Shown: positions 47,701 through 61,340, numbered from the stretch's first letter. The stretch: 64,000 bases of DNA from Macrostomum lignano (GCA_002269645.1 NIVC01001412.1:103398-167397); one strand, 5' to 3'. Notes: a model not told the origin generated them from the sequence alone. Numbers and translations: made by a program.

Positions 47701-48420
47701 AGGTTTTGACCGTTTGTTTATCAGACTATCTTGAGTTTAGTTGTTGCTTTAGTTAACTCATGTTTGTTTGAGCTAGTTTAGTGAGTTTGACAATTGCGTA
47801 TATATTTTGGAAAGTTTATCAGTTCGCTTTAACCTATTGTATGCACTGCGTCGTTAAACATTTGGTGATGGACTCTGTTAGTTTAATCTTCCGTCGCTCC
47901 TGGAGAATTTTTCAGGTTTTTTGCTTGGCTGGTGTGTCGGAATCAGCTTATTATTATAACTTTTTCTTTTCCTGATCATTCGCATCATGTTCGCATTAAT
48001 AATTCGCCTTTTTCTGTTTAAGTGTTTCATTTTTGGTGATGGAAAGACTGATTGTTTTTCAAATGTTTCGCAAAGAAATGTCGTTCCTTTCATTTTGTTT
48101 TGCTTTATTGCTTCATGATTTTGATTGTTTATGTTTGTGCCGATTTCGTACGAGTTATTCTTCTGCTTCCCTGCGCATCCAGTGTTTATTTTTGTTTTCA
48201 GGTCGCATCCAATCATATTTTTCAAACATTTTGCGTTAGATTTCGTAAGCTCTTTTGTACCGCTCTTTGTTCATCGTCTTCGTGTCTTTGTTGTTCATTT
48301 TGCAATGTACCCATAACCAATCATTTACTGTTTCCATCAAATCAGTCCTTTGAGTTCCAATGTTTATTGTGGTAATAGTCTTTGTTTTGTTGGCATGTAC
48401 TCATGCCAAGGAGGGAGGTA

Positions 48421-48723
48421 TGGTTTGAAGGCGCACGTGATTTCAATGTCACTGATTCAGCTACGCTCTTGCTATCATCTAGTTACGCGTATTTTGTACA
48501 TGCCGCGTCACGCCATCTTTCTACCCCCAAGCCGCCACCCCCTCCGTGGTCGATAATGTACATCGCGAGTCAGCATGCCATGTACTCTCAGACCCCATTC
48601 CGCCACGCCCCCTTTAATAAGCTCAATATATATGATAACTGAGGCAATTTTGTACTGTGCCACGCTTTTTGATAAACTGCTTGCAAAGTCCTTTTCTATC
48701 AGAGTTGACTTGTCTCGCTAACA
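48421..48723 (+). repeat. 3' LTR (303 bp)
   Basis: Copy of 41630-41943 lacking TCTTTATACTC, preceded by the PPT AAGGAGGGAGG. Confidence 0.93.
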
Positions 48724-49932
48724 TTATTATACATTATTATATATGTCCTCGATTTCGGAAACGAGCTGTTCCAATTCAAGTAGTTCAGCTTCTTCGTCAG
48801 GTATCTTCTTGAAAAGTGCCTCCAGAAGATCCTCCTCTTCTCGATCAATTGCCGACTCCGGTAGATTATCAGGCTCGTTCAGAATGTCGTCAATCTCATT
48901 GGTGGACAAGCCGGAAATTATTTCGTTTGGAAATTTGCTCAGATTCAGAAGTCTGACTTTAGTTGGTGGCTCAGCCATATTCTCTCACAAGTGATTTTAA
49001 TTTAACAGCTTCTTATTCCCTTCTTCGCAACACTCAATCAACTTGCGTGCCTTTCACGCATTTTTGTCTATGGTTAAGACAAATTAACTGAGCGTGCATC
49101 TAACGCGCCATCTAAAGTATTAAGCCAACGTAATACAATGCAACTCATACATCGATTTTTTGTGCTTAAATGGTCTATGGCACTCGTTTTTTTTTCTTTC
49201 TTTTTTCTTTTCTTTGATTTCTTTTTTGAATAGCTTTAATTACTGCATTGACTGAGTTAACTTTTGTTGGTGTTCATTTGAGGCATTCATCACATAGGTT
49301 TCGTCTATGTTCGTTCTTGTTACTTCTTTCGAATACCGTAAATTGAACATTCGTCTAGGTTCAATGCCGAATGGCAAACAAACAATGAATTGTAACGCAT
49401 AAAAACTACAAATAATGAAAGTCAAATTGCTAGACAATGACAAAAAGAAACTATGCAAGCCACAACAGCTCTGCCACAGCTTTGCTATCCTCCTTTGTCA
49501 ACCCCGGGGGTTAGGGAAACAGACACTAGCTGCTGCTACTAATGCTTGAGAGCAGAATAGTCTATGGTCTGAGCCCCGGGTTCTCGCGCTGCGGCCCATC
49601 TGGCATCTAGGAGGCATATAGAATCTGTTCTAAATATAGAAAAAACAGACCGTTAATGAACAGTTAATGAATGACAGCAACACTGGTCTTTGGCCATAGA
49701 CATCCTCAGCTGGCTGGCTGCCGAGCGCTACCACTTTTGTTTGCAGCGATGCAGTCGCCTACTTTCGTGACTGTCTTCCTACGCACACACAAATTATTTT
49801 TCTTCTCTGCAGAGCCCTGATCATCAATTCTTTCGCTCCTCTCCTCAGCCATTTGCACCCCTTGAATGTCATAAGCTGAAGAGAACGCATTCAGAGTCAA
49901 AGACAAATACAATAGCCAGCAGAGCAGCTAAT

Positions 49933-52900
49933 ATGCACCCTAAACTGCGGCAGCTGCAGCATCTGCAAGATCGTCAGCGTCAGCGGTGGCGGCGTCGCCC
50001 GCACTCTCGCACTGCAGCGGCTGCGGCAGCGATGGCGGGGGTGTACACGGACTCTGGGCGGCTGCTGCTCGGTGGCATGGCTGTGGGGCTGCTCAGCCTG
50101 CTGCTCACATTTGCGGGTCTGCAGTTGGCCCGTCTCGGCGGACTGCGGCACCCCGCTGAGCCCGAAGCTCCTGTTGAGTCGGTGATGAACCGAACTCTTC
50201 GAGGAGCTGAGAACCACCCCGCAACGGTCGCTTCCCCAACTGACAGTGGCAGCGGCGGCGACGGCGGCAGCGGCAGCGGCGGCGGTAGTGGTGGCGACGG
50301 CGGCAGCGGCAGCGGCGGCGGTAGTGGTGGCGACGGCGGCAGCGGCAGCGGCGGCGGTAGTGGTGGCGACGGCGGCAGCGGCAGCGGCGGCGGTAGTGGT
50401 GGCGACGGCGGCAGCGGTAGCGGCGGCGGTAGTGGTGGCGACGGCGGCAGCGGCAGCGGAGGCGGTAGTGGTGGCGACGGCAGCAACGGCAGCAACGGCA
50501 GTAGTGGTGGAGGTGGCAGGAGCGGCAGCGGCAGCGGCAGCAGTGGTGGAGGTGGAGGCAGCGGCAACTTGAAGTTGAAAGCTCGGAACGGGACGAAGGG
50601 GCGACCGCTTCCCCTGCCGGGCACCAGCGATAGGCCAAAGTTTTTCTTCAACGAGGTGAGTCTACCGAGCATTTTGGACTGTCAAAGCAGGGCGTCTGCG
50701 ACTTAGAAGGCCATGGGCACCAACAAGGGCTTAGCTGATTATTCAAGCGATTTCAGCCTGGAGGTGTTCGAGGACTGAGTTAAAATTTATTATAAGCGAT
50801 ATGATTTTGTCACTGCCAAATTATTAGAATTGTTTTGCTAGTGAACCAAATTTTCAAATTTTGTACTTATCATAACAGTATTCCCTAGCAACCGCCGTAA
50901 GATTGTAATCCCTAATAGAGTCAGTCCTACAGGGTGCAGTACTCAGTGCTCAATTCTCAAACTTATGGGTTCTTGTCGCGAGTGCTCGCAATCTCCCTGA
51001 GTCAGGGCGGGGTTATGCAGGCTGCCTTCAACAAGGTGTCGGGACGCACTGGCTGGCGTTACGGAAGGCATGTTGGCGTCTGGACACAGTGGCAAGGCAA
51101 AGCAAGGCACTTACTTCGTGGGCACTGCTGCACTGGCGCAAGAGCTCGAACCCGACCGGACGTCTCAATCAATGTACCCGCATTTAGATATTGCCGTTGC
51201 CAGGGTCCGCGCGAGAGGGACAGCAAGGGGGCGAGATGCATGTGGGTGCACACGACATAATATTAGACGGCATACAGCTTAGGAGACATTAAAAATATTT
51301 CTACAATTTTGCTGACCTCGCCACTCCCTGTTGGCCCATTTCAAGTCCTTGCTGCGACGTCAGCGCCGATACCAACACGAGTACATCTTGTTCGTCAACA
51401 ACCAAGGCGGATACGACGGGGAACGCTGGTGGTACTGCTTTCGTACTGACACGTGCTGGGGCTACAGGCAAGGACAAGGACAGGCCGTCGCTTCATACGA
51501 TATGCTACAGAGGTGTACTTTCAGCAGAAACTACCAATACGAGGTTCCAATAATGATTTCTAAGTTCAACCCACTCAAGAGACTCTACCGATACAGACAT
51601 TACGCAAAGAAAATTCCTAGATATTTATGGTGTTTCAAACACCCATGGTCTGGCGACTGCCATTCATGGTGGAGATATTCCAGGTGAGTAAACATCATTT
51701 TTAGAGCCATTATTTTACATTGGTAGCTGAGGAGCTCAGGGACAGGAAATTCCTGCAGCTTCTAGAATCGAGAGCTCCCTAGCTGTGCGTACAGGTGATT
51801 GTCCATGGAACACGGAAGTGGCGCTCCCGATAATAGGAGGACCCTGTTGTGTCATGCAGTAAAGAAGACGAACGACTTGAATGTTTTATTTAGGCTCCGC
51901 GACCGGCTTTTCGCAGATACGAGCTAACTCTCGCTTATTATCAAGTAATCAAAATTTGCTCTAAGATGTTTAATAGCCAACTAAAACGCGTGACACAGCA
52001 GGGCAAACAAAGATACAAATAAACTTTGTAAAAACTTTATTAAAGCTTCATAGTAACTGTTTGGCACACACAGTTCATAATTGGTAAATTCTAACCAAAA
52101 ATGCACCCCTATTTAGTTATGATACTGGCTATCCTGCCGGCTACAATGATATCATCGTACAGCTCTTAGTGGATATGAATTACCATGACTACATAGCAAC
52201 GGGCGCTGCCAGAACAGCAATTCTCAACCATCTGATGGTTGAATGCAGAATTCTATACTCTACTTTAACGCATTCTAATAAGCCGTACTATAAAAATCCT
52301 GCCCCGACTGCCTACGCCACGGTGCTGGCGTACTACGGCCGCTGCATATATGGCTACCCTAAATATTGCCCAGACCCGTGCAAGAACCCGCATGCCTGCT
52401 CCGGAGATAACATGTTGTCCTCTTGCTACGCCATCGTGCCACCCAATCGGCACGAAGAGAACAAGTACCAAAAACAGATTGCGGATGAGTTCAAAGCTTT
52501 GAAGAAGATTTTCGCCAGAGTTGCCTACTGCACCTGCACGTCTGGCTTTAAGTACAACATAGAAACGGAGGTCTGCGAACTCCTGCCTTTCAAATGCAGG
52601 CAGGACAGCGAGTGCTTGAACAATGGACGATGCGAAGGTGTGTCTCCGGAAATAGAGCAGCTCATTGGTAAGCGCCTCACAAGTGGGGCAACTGTGCCAT
52701 TGAAATTTTACTGTCGTAAGAAGAATCTTTAGAAGAGCTCAATCACGACCATCAAAGCCTATTAGAGCCCCTCATCAGAGCCCATTTAGACGCAAGCACT
52801 TGGCGCCTCAGAAACGTTTAGAAAAGTCTTGTTTGGAAAAGATTTAGAACTCGTGGCAGGATCTTTGAGTGTAAACGTGACCATGAATGGTATTGACTGA

Positions 52901-54561
52901 GACCCCGCTTAAAATCCGTGCAGAAACACTCTTACTATGCGTGTAGCTCGCATGGTATGAATAGGGCGGGGGGCAGACCTGACCTAATCTTCCTACACTA
53001 ATCTACAGGTTATGAAATCTGTGTACTGCGCAGAGTCCCGGTTACCTTGATGATTACAAAGTGTTCTACGAGTAACTTGTCCTGTGGTGACGCTGTCTGG
53101 ACGGGGGGGGCATCACAAACCCGGAAAAACATGGTTCGAAAATCGTTTTCCATCATAAACCCGAAATATCATAAACTCGAAATACATGTATCATAACTCC
53201 GAAAACCAAAATAGCAATCCCCGTCATAAACCCGAAATATCACAAAGACATAGATTACTCGCAAAGCGTATACCTGCAGGACGGAGAACCGCTTTGTCAT
53301 GCTTGTGAGCGTTGGGTCCAAGAAACAATGGGGCGCACTGAGTACAGACGAAGCGCATTGGGTGCACTGGGTACTGAGCCTCTAGCGGCTCTATTCACTA
53401 CAAATAAATAATTCGAAGTAGTCAGGCCTGGGACGGAATAAAATTGCTTTTCCTAGCAAATGCCTGCCTGCACCCCCTGTAAGACTGAGGCTTTGTTAGC
53501 TTTCATCTGCAGCCTCAGCAGCGGCACCGACTCTCTTGGCCCGCAGGCCGCTCGTACAACTGCAAGTGCCCCCCGGCTTGGCAGGGACTCCGCTGCGAGG
53601 AGGCGCGCGACCCGTGCCTTGAACCGGACAACCGGGCCAGCTGCGGTGACTTCGAGTGCCGCCGAAGCCCCACGGACAGCATATACGGCTTTGTGTGCAT
53701 CTGCTCTACGGGCTTCACCCTCACAAGGCAGCAGGGCAAGCCGTCCTGCCGCGACATCAACGAATGCGCCGTCTCCGCGCCTTGTCGCAACGGCGGCGAG
53801 TGCCACAACCTGCAGGGCTCCTTTGAGTGCATCTGCAGCCGGTCGTACAGCGGATCGCTGTGCGAGATTCCACCTCCGGAGCCTTACTGGATGGACTGGG
53901 GGCCCTGGACTGAATGCTCAGTCACTTGCTCTGTGGGTCTGCAGCACCGCCAGAGGAATTGCTCCTTGGAGAGCAGCTGCGTTGGGTCCAAGAAGGACTT
54001 CAAGACCTGCTTGGTGAGTTTGTTGTGTCATAGCAACGGGTGTCCCAAAAGTTCTTGTTAGATCTTGCCTACATGTTGTTAGTCCCTGTCATCATGGGAT
54101 CTCCCGCAAAGTTTGCTCTTTCACAGCACAAAAATGGTCCTTAGTGTTCACTGAAACATCTCTGAATTGTCCGCTGCATGAGATGTATGTTGCACCGCGC
54201 ACCATTCTTCGTCAATGAAAAAATTAGTACACCGAAGCCACGAACTTTGAACCGCCGTCGGCAGGGCAGACACATGGACTGCGTGCTGGCCTCACTGGGC
54301 GACGTCAGTGTCGAGGAGCTGGCCGGGGGCGCGGGCTGGCGCGCCGAAGAGGACAACATCCTGGACGACGCGTGGTACTTTCGCGAGTTCCAGCTGCTGC
54401 GATTGGGCCTGAATAATCGGTTCATGGCGGAGGACGAGTTCGTGTCCGACTTGGAGGACGTGCTCGATCAGTACATCCACATCATCGCTCTGGCAGGCGT
54501 GGTCCAGGCCGCAGTGCTGCTGCTGCTGTGCAAGCGAATTCGGGTTCAAGTGAGGCAGTGA
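49933..54561 (+). CDS. Multi-exon membrane protein with Gly/Ser linker, EGF, Ca-binding EGF and TSP1 domains (model approximate)
   Basis: N-terminal hydrophobic segment and 36-bp GDGGSGSGGGSG repeats. Donors at 50656, 51684, 52716 and 54014. CLNNGRC, DINEC...CRNGGEC, WMDWGPWTECSVTC and a C-terminal TM segment. Internal acceptors partly uncertain. Confidence 0.7.
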
Positions 54562-55668
54562 AGCAGTGGCGAATCCTGTTGTTGGGGCTGGAAAAATGAG
54601 TGGCCCGCTGTTTACCGACCAATTGTTTATTACGAAGTACACATTGTTTGTTATTCACATCTCGTTTTTGACAGGTTCGTCAGCTTTCGACAGCCTCTGT
54701 AAAATTTGAGCGTATCTTGAAGTCAAATGCTACTGCGGTTAGGATATGCATGCAGTACGATTCCATGTATGCTGTTGATAGCCCCTAACCTTCACACGAT
54801 AAACGCCTACAAGCGATTATTTAAGCCTGATTGCAGCAGACGGATATCAATAAATATTATTTGGAAGAGTTTGTTGAGTCGAATCTGTTGTCAAGTTTGT
54901 TTCAAAATTTCAAGAGACTTGTATGAGTTTCCTTATTTTATTTTTAGTCACGCGATGAAGCAAGTGCTCCGATCGTCATCTTCGAATACTTCACCTGGTC
55001 ACCTGGTCACCTGTTACTTTACCTGGTTGCTGTGTCTTTGTACTGCTATGCTCTGGGCGGTGAAGAATATGCTGAGAAAGCCCGCCTAACCATAGGCGTA
55101 TAAAAATACTCCACTTAGGTAGGAAATACCCCACTTGGGTAGATAATACCCCCTTAAGGCAGAAAGTACTTCACTTGGATAGAAAATACCCTATCGATGG
55201 AATTCAGAAGAGAATAGAATGAGAATGAGAAATATTTACTGGAATTCGACTACCAGCAGCTTATCTGATCAGCCTATCAGTTGAATGACTCACTATTACG
55301 AGCTATCATCAGTTGTTCATGAGGTTAATAACTGAATCATTAAATCCCGTACTACACACGCTCGTATTTCATTCACATTCATCTAAATTAAAATGAATTA
55401 TCTTAAGAGCCTGGGAAGCTGTGGAAGGTTGTGTGAAGGCTCACGAAGGAGACCCTGAGACTCATTAGAGTAGGAAATGGAAGCTAATAGTGTATAATAT
55501 AAATTTACGATGGTCAAAACTTGTTAAAATCATTGAGATAAAGCTACTGGTTTGCTATGAATGAATGCCATGGACAAAAACGGCTCTTTTGCCCCGAGTG
55601 CATGCTTATTATTAGCTAATACCATTATTGACAAGCACGAATGCATTCGACTCTTGGAGGACAGCTTC

Positions 55669-58600
55669 ATGGAAATGACTGCCAGCCCGCATATTGTCTG
55701 CTGTTGCTGCTCTCTTCTGCTCCTGCTGGCGGCCAGTGGCTGGGCCCAGTCACTCGGCTTGACTTTCTGCCAGTCTGGCAATGACACATTGAGCAGCGGC
55801 CAGGACCTGCCGACTACTTTAAATGCCTCCATGAAGCAGCCGGTGAAGAACGCTATCGGCAAGGACGTGGCCAAGGCTTGCTTGGACCAGCTGGAGCAGA
55901 CGGCCCGGGAATGCAACCACTTCTACGTACTCGAGGCCAACCAGAGTGCCATCCTGCAGTCCGAGGTCTGCAGCGAGAACGAAAAGCAGGTAGCTGGTCA
56001 GCGCCTATCACTGTAACCCATCACTGTAACCGCACACCCATCACTGTAACCCACCACTGTAACCCACCACTGTAACCGCACACTCACCACTGTAACACAC
56101 CACTGTAACAGCACACACACCACTGTAACCGACCACTGTAACCGCACACCCATCATTGTAACCACCACTGTAACCGCACACCCATCATTGTAACCACCAC
56201 TGTAACAGCACACCCACCACTGTAACCGACCACTGTAACCGCACACCCATCACTGTAACCGACCACTGTAACCGCACACTCACCACTGTAACACACCACT
56301 GTAACAGCACACCCACCACTGTAACCGACCACTGTAACCGCACACCCATCACTGTAACCGACCACTGTAACCGCACACTCACCACTGTAACACACCACTG
56401 TAACAGCACACCCACCACTGTAACCGACTACTGTAACCGCACACACCACTGTAACCCACCACTGTAACCGACCACTGTAACCGCACACCCATCACTGTAA
56501 CCGACCACTGTAACCGCACACTTACCACTGTAACAAACCACTGTAACAGCACACCAATCACTGTAACCCACCACTGTAACCGCACACACAGACCACTGTA
56601 ACCCACCACTATAACCACACACCCATCTCTGTAACCCACCACTATAATCGCACACCCATCTCTGTAACCCACCACTATAACCCACCACTGTAACCTACCA
56701 CTATAACCGCACACCCATCTCTGTAACCCACCACTGTAACCGCACACTCACCACTGTAACACACCACTGTAACAGCACACCCACCACTATAACCGACCAC
56801 TGTAACCGCACACCCATCACTGTAACCTACCACTATAACCGCACACCCATCTCTGTAACCCACCACTGTAACCGCACACCCATCTCTGTAACCCACCACT
56901 GTAACCGCACACTCACCACTGTAACCGACCACTGTAACCGCACTTACACCACTGTTACCCACCACTATAACCTCACACCCATCTCTGTAACCCACCACTG
57001 TAACCCACCACTGTAACCCCACACACACCACTGTAACCCACCACTGTAACCAACCACTGTAACCGACCACTGTCACCCAGCTCGTCTGTCGCCTAATCTA
57101 TCGTCCCAAAGCGTGTTCAAAATTGAATTTGTAGTCATGAAAGTCTCGGTTTTGATTAAGATCAAAAAATAAAATGCAACGCCAACCTACACTGGCAACC
57201 CTCAGCTGTCACAGCTGATCAAATCCATGCACTGGAAAGTGGCGCTGCGCAGTGAAAACAAACACCAGGCGTTGTTCAAATATCCCGTGGTCGGCTCGAA
57301 TCCCGACTGGATGCACTTGCAGCCTGAGATCTCCGACAAGATTAAGTGGATAGATGTGGTCACTCTACCGCAGAAGAGCCAGCTGTGCATCACAAGGACC
57401 GGACAGCTTCGCTTCATACAGTTTAAGGTAAATAATGCAAGCATTTTAGCATTTAGGCTGTCTTGCGCGCTGTTACATCATCGGGTGCACGGGAGCTTTA
57501 CCTCGGCCGGTGGCAACATTTTGTGCATTGACGAAATCTCAGAGCCCCATGACCCCCAGCAGTGCCAATCATAATTTCTGACTAATCCAACACCCGCTCA
57601 GCCAGAGATGGCGGGAACGTACGCTGTGTTCAAGAATGTCGGGACCACCTATCCGAAGGGTAGCATCGAGAGCCGCGTGCTGCAACTTCTGGGGGCCACT
57701 TACCATCACGTGGACTTTGTCTACGACTCGCTGGAGTACTTCGACCGCGTCCCGGTTCGTGAGCGGCTGCCGCCTCTCTCGCCAAAGGTCACACCGGCAA
57801 GGATGTTCAGTTCGGAGCCGAACCTGCGCTACCAGTACCGCTCATTGCCCGAACCTCTCCAAGCGGTTCCCATGGAGGCGCTGATTCCGAATTCAACTGC
57901 AAATGGCGCCCTGCCGAAGTTCCGCTATCCAAAAAATGTGTTCAAAGACCTGAATATCAACATGATGTGGGCGCCACCCCCGAACCTGCAGGAGTTCAGC
58001 AGCTGGTCGCCAGCATGCGGTGAGTCCTGGAACAGGCCTTCTGGAGAAGCGATCGATTTTGTCTGCTTGAATGGAAGGTTGCTATGATAACTAGATGGAG
58101 CTAATCTCAGCATCTCGTGCAACCCGCTCATTCCCCAAGGCACCAAGCTAATCTCAGCATCTCGTGCAACCCGCTCATTCCCCAAGGCACCAAGCTAATC
58201 TCAGCATCTCGTGCAACCCGCTCATTCCCCAAGGCACCAAGCTAATCTCATGCAGCATCTCGTGCGACCCGCTCATTCCCCATTCCCCAAGGCACCAAGC
58301 TAATCTCAGCATCTCGTGCAACCCGCTCATTCCCCATTCCCCAAGGCACCAAGCTAATCTCAGCATCCCGTGCAACCCGCTCATTCCCCATTCCCCAAGG
58401 CAACAAGCTAATCTCAGCATCTCGTGCAACCCGCTCATTCCCCATTCCCCAAGGCACCAAGCTAATCTCAGCATCCCGTGCAACCCGCTCATTCCCCATT
58501 CCCCAAGGCAACAAGCTAATCTCAGCATCTCGTGCAACCCGCTCATTCCCCATTCCCCAAGGCACCAAGCTAATCTCAGCATCCCGTGCAACCCGCTCAT

Positions 58601-61340
58601 TCCCCAAGGCACCAAGCTAACTCGAATGCGCTTCATGCGCTGTGTTATTGACTTGGACCTCAGCAAAATGGAGAAACGGCTCAGGCTGTTCAAGGACAGT
58701 TACAAACTGCAGTGGGATTACCTGGCCAATACCAGGCACTTTGAGTACAGGAAAGGCGATGGCCTGGCAATGCTGTACCTGCTTCACGTTCTGGCGATGC
58801 GGCTCAAGGTGCAGCTACTTGTAAGCCAGTGCGCGGATCCGGTCTCATTTCATATCGTATCTGTCTCGGACGATTTGCAAAATCAATTCGATTGCTAATA
58901 GCAAGAGAATTTCGATTTGAATTTGTTGGATTTGGCTTTTTAGTTTACTCTCCAACTTAAAAGAGTGAGGGTCAACTTTCGGAATGGGCGTCAACGCCTT
59001 CCCGCTGTATCCGGATGCCCGGAGCCCCCTGCAGCTGAGTCAAGAGGGTCAATTTCTTCAACTGACTGGGCCAATTGACGAAAAATCTCAACATAAAATG
59101 TTGGCTTTATACTTATTATTTATGATTTATCTCGCAGGACGAGGCGCGGGAGACCACAGGCCGCCGTCCGCTCTACTCAGCAGGACTGCGCTGGACGGAG
59201 AAGGGCACGGACAGGATGGGCACGGTGATGCTGTACAAGCTGCGCATCCCCTGCCACTACACCCTGCTGCACCACCTGCCCAACAAGACTGTGGGTGCCG
59301 AGGGCAGAGCCAGCCTAGAGGTAACGAAGATCCAGAACACGGGCGAACGGGAGCAGGGCGTCCGACTGTGCGGTCTCGCCGACCCGCTGGAGCTGCTGCG
59401 CATGATGGGTCAGGTGCTGGTGGCGCAGCTCAAGCGGCTAGTCAACATGATCCGGCGCAGACCGGTGGTGCCGCAGCGCAGCGTTGTGACCAGGTGCGCC
59501 TCGGGTACCGCTGGTCCACTCTGAGTTCCAAATAAACTAGAAGTTTTCTGTACGAGCTAAATATGAGGGCGGAGCAGTTCAGGTGTCCGACTGTCGTGCG
59601 CGACCAAATTCATTTGCAGTTCGCACCCTGCGAGGGCCAAACCTCAGCACACAGAGAGTGTGCATGCCCTGACGATTAGAAAGTCAGGACTGCTTTACAC
59701 CCTGTCTAAGCGAGTGTATTAGTGCGTGCCTGTGTCCGCGCGCTTGTGTCTGCGAAGGCGTTGCCTGGGTGTGTCCACAGCCCTTCTAAATATTGTTTAT
59801 TAAAATGCGAGTTCTATTTTCAGGTTGAGCTAAAGTTTTTAAGTGCATCGGTAGACTATAGCTAGCTTTGCGCAGCTACTACTACGTTACTCTCGTGCGT
59901 TTTTCCTCTGAACAGATGCACCAAGCTCTGGCTGCGCATGGCTAACTGAAAGGCTTATTGCTTGCGTGTCTCCAAGTGGTGTTTCAGCTTCAAGCAAGCT
60001 TTTTCAGCATTTTTTAATCCAGAGGTTTAGTCTTTCAACTGAGGAAGTCCATAGCCAAGGAGTAAGGAAAAGTGCAGCTGGCCAAGTCACCCATACGGCT
60101 CTGCATTCAATTCAACTGTATTGCTATGAGCTGTACTACCTCTTAAATGCGTGTCAAATTTCGAGTCCGAACCCATCAGCGTCATGGACAGCATCACATG
60201 ATGGCCAATTAATAGTCTCCCAATTTTTCAAGCCTGAGTACTTGACTTAGTGTTGTTATTTACTTTATTTATTAAACTTTGCCTTGTTCTTGACTTCTGC
60301 ATCTCAGCATTCGCATGCACAGTACATAAACCATAGGAGATTACCGCGTATATTCAGTTGTTATTCACGCACTTCACCGATTCCTTTCAGCGGCAAAACG
60401 CTATACATGAAGTGCCCCGTGGACCTGGTGACATTCGAGCGACCGGCTTGCAACCTGGTTGACAAGGAGGACAATATTCTGTGGACTCTGAATGGCAAAA
60501 GCATGCGCTTCTTCAGTGCCAGTGTAGAGCGCGGCCCCTCTCTTACAGACGAATGCGCCCTCACCGTTAAAAATATCCAGCTTAACGATGCCGGCGAGTA
60601 CGTCTGCTACCGGACTCTCTTGGGTGAGCTCGGGAAAACTGCTAGAAGAAATGCAATGGTTCTTTTAGGACATGCAGCTATAGCTTCTCAGTCATACTGT
60701 ACAAGCATTCAGTGAGGTAAATACTGTGTAAAGGCTGTGCGTTTCGACTTTTTCATTTTGGTTGACCATCATCATCATCATCATCACCATCATCATGTAG
60801 ACTCAATTACCACGCGTCTGTATAGTTATGACCCCATTCCATTAACCAGGTTCTCACTCGGTTGAGGATAAGCCCGCCTATCGCCACTTCGTGGAGGTTG
60901 TACGACCGGAGTTTGACCCGCCACCAGTCGAGGAGGTGTACTTCGGCATGACAATGTGCATCGTGTGGAACGCCTTCATGGTGTTATTGTGGTCCTTGGT
61001 GTCCATCGTTCGCAGTTTCCTGAGCTTGCTTGGCAGGGAGCCCGAGGGTCCCAACCAGCCAGAAGTTTGGACAAGTTTCTTCGATGACGACCCAACTCTG
61101 GGCGACATAAATGACGAAGAGGATTCCGACAAGACGGACTCCGACGAAGATGATGATGATGACGATGAGTCACTAGAAGACTTGGAAATGTCTGAACTTT
61201 CAGACAACTTCGAAAAAGACAAGAAGAAAAGTGAGGAGAGCGAATCCAAGACTCAAGCGAAGTCAAAGCGCAACAAGGAGCAGCACAATAGCAGTCGGTG
61301 GCGCCGCGTCAGAACGTGGGTGAAGAAGAAAAAGGATTGA
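55669..61340 (+). CDS. Multi-exon type I membrane protein with an Ig domain (model approximate)
   Basis: Signal peptide (CSLLLLLAASGWAQS). Candidate exons near 57.2, 57.6, 58.6 and 59.1 kb. Ig exon C...W...LTVKNIQLNDAGEYVC at 60.4-60.6 kb. TM segment and acidic tail at 60.9-61.3 kb. Confidence 0.6.
56023..57076. repeat. Variable minisatellite built on CCACTGTAAC
   Basis: Directly visible, intronic. Confidence 0.93.
58099..58620. repeat. Minisatellite of about 42-50 bp (AAGCTAATCTCAGCATCTCGTGCAACCCGCTCATTCCCC...)
   Basis: About 11 copies, directly visible. Confidence 0.92.

Larger units (their letters stand above)
41630..48723 (+). mobile_element. Bel/Pao LTR retrotransposon
   Basis: TG...CA LTRs at 41630-41943 and 48421-48723 (11-bp indel between them). 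PBS at 41948, PPT at 48408-48418. Domain order Gag-PR-RT-RH-IN. No TSD found. Confidence 0.95.
41355..48978 (-). pseudogene. Second Crypton-type gene (N-terminal domain only), interrupted by an LTR retrotransposon
   Basis: 5' part 48978-48727 (VRLLNLSKFP resembles the gene-1 VHLLNFKNLP). 3' part 41629-41355 (LLRYFYGSLRKRNGEYFAPATLICIRAALYRHF). Confidence 0.75.

Noticed and set aside
47781-48375. Hydrophobic ORFs after pol as a possible env gene
   Set aside because: Short, mutually overlapping frames in a T-rich 3' UTR, lacking signal-peptide, furin or Cys patterns.
55998-57076. Val/Gly/Cys-rich minus-strand ORFs
   Set aside because: Translations of the CCACTGTAAC minisatellite.
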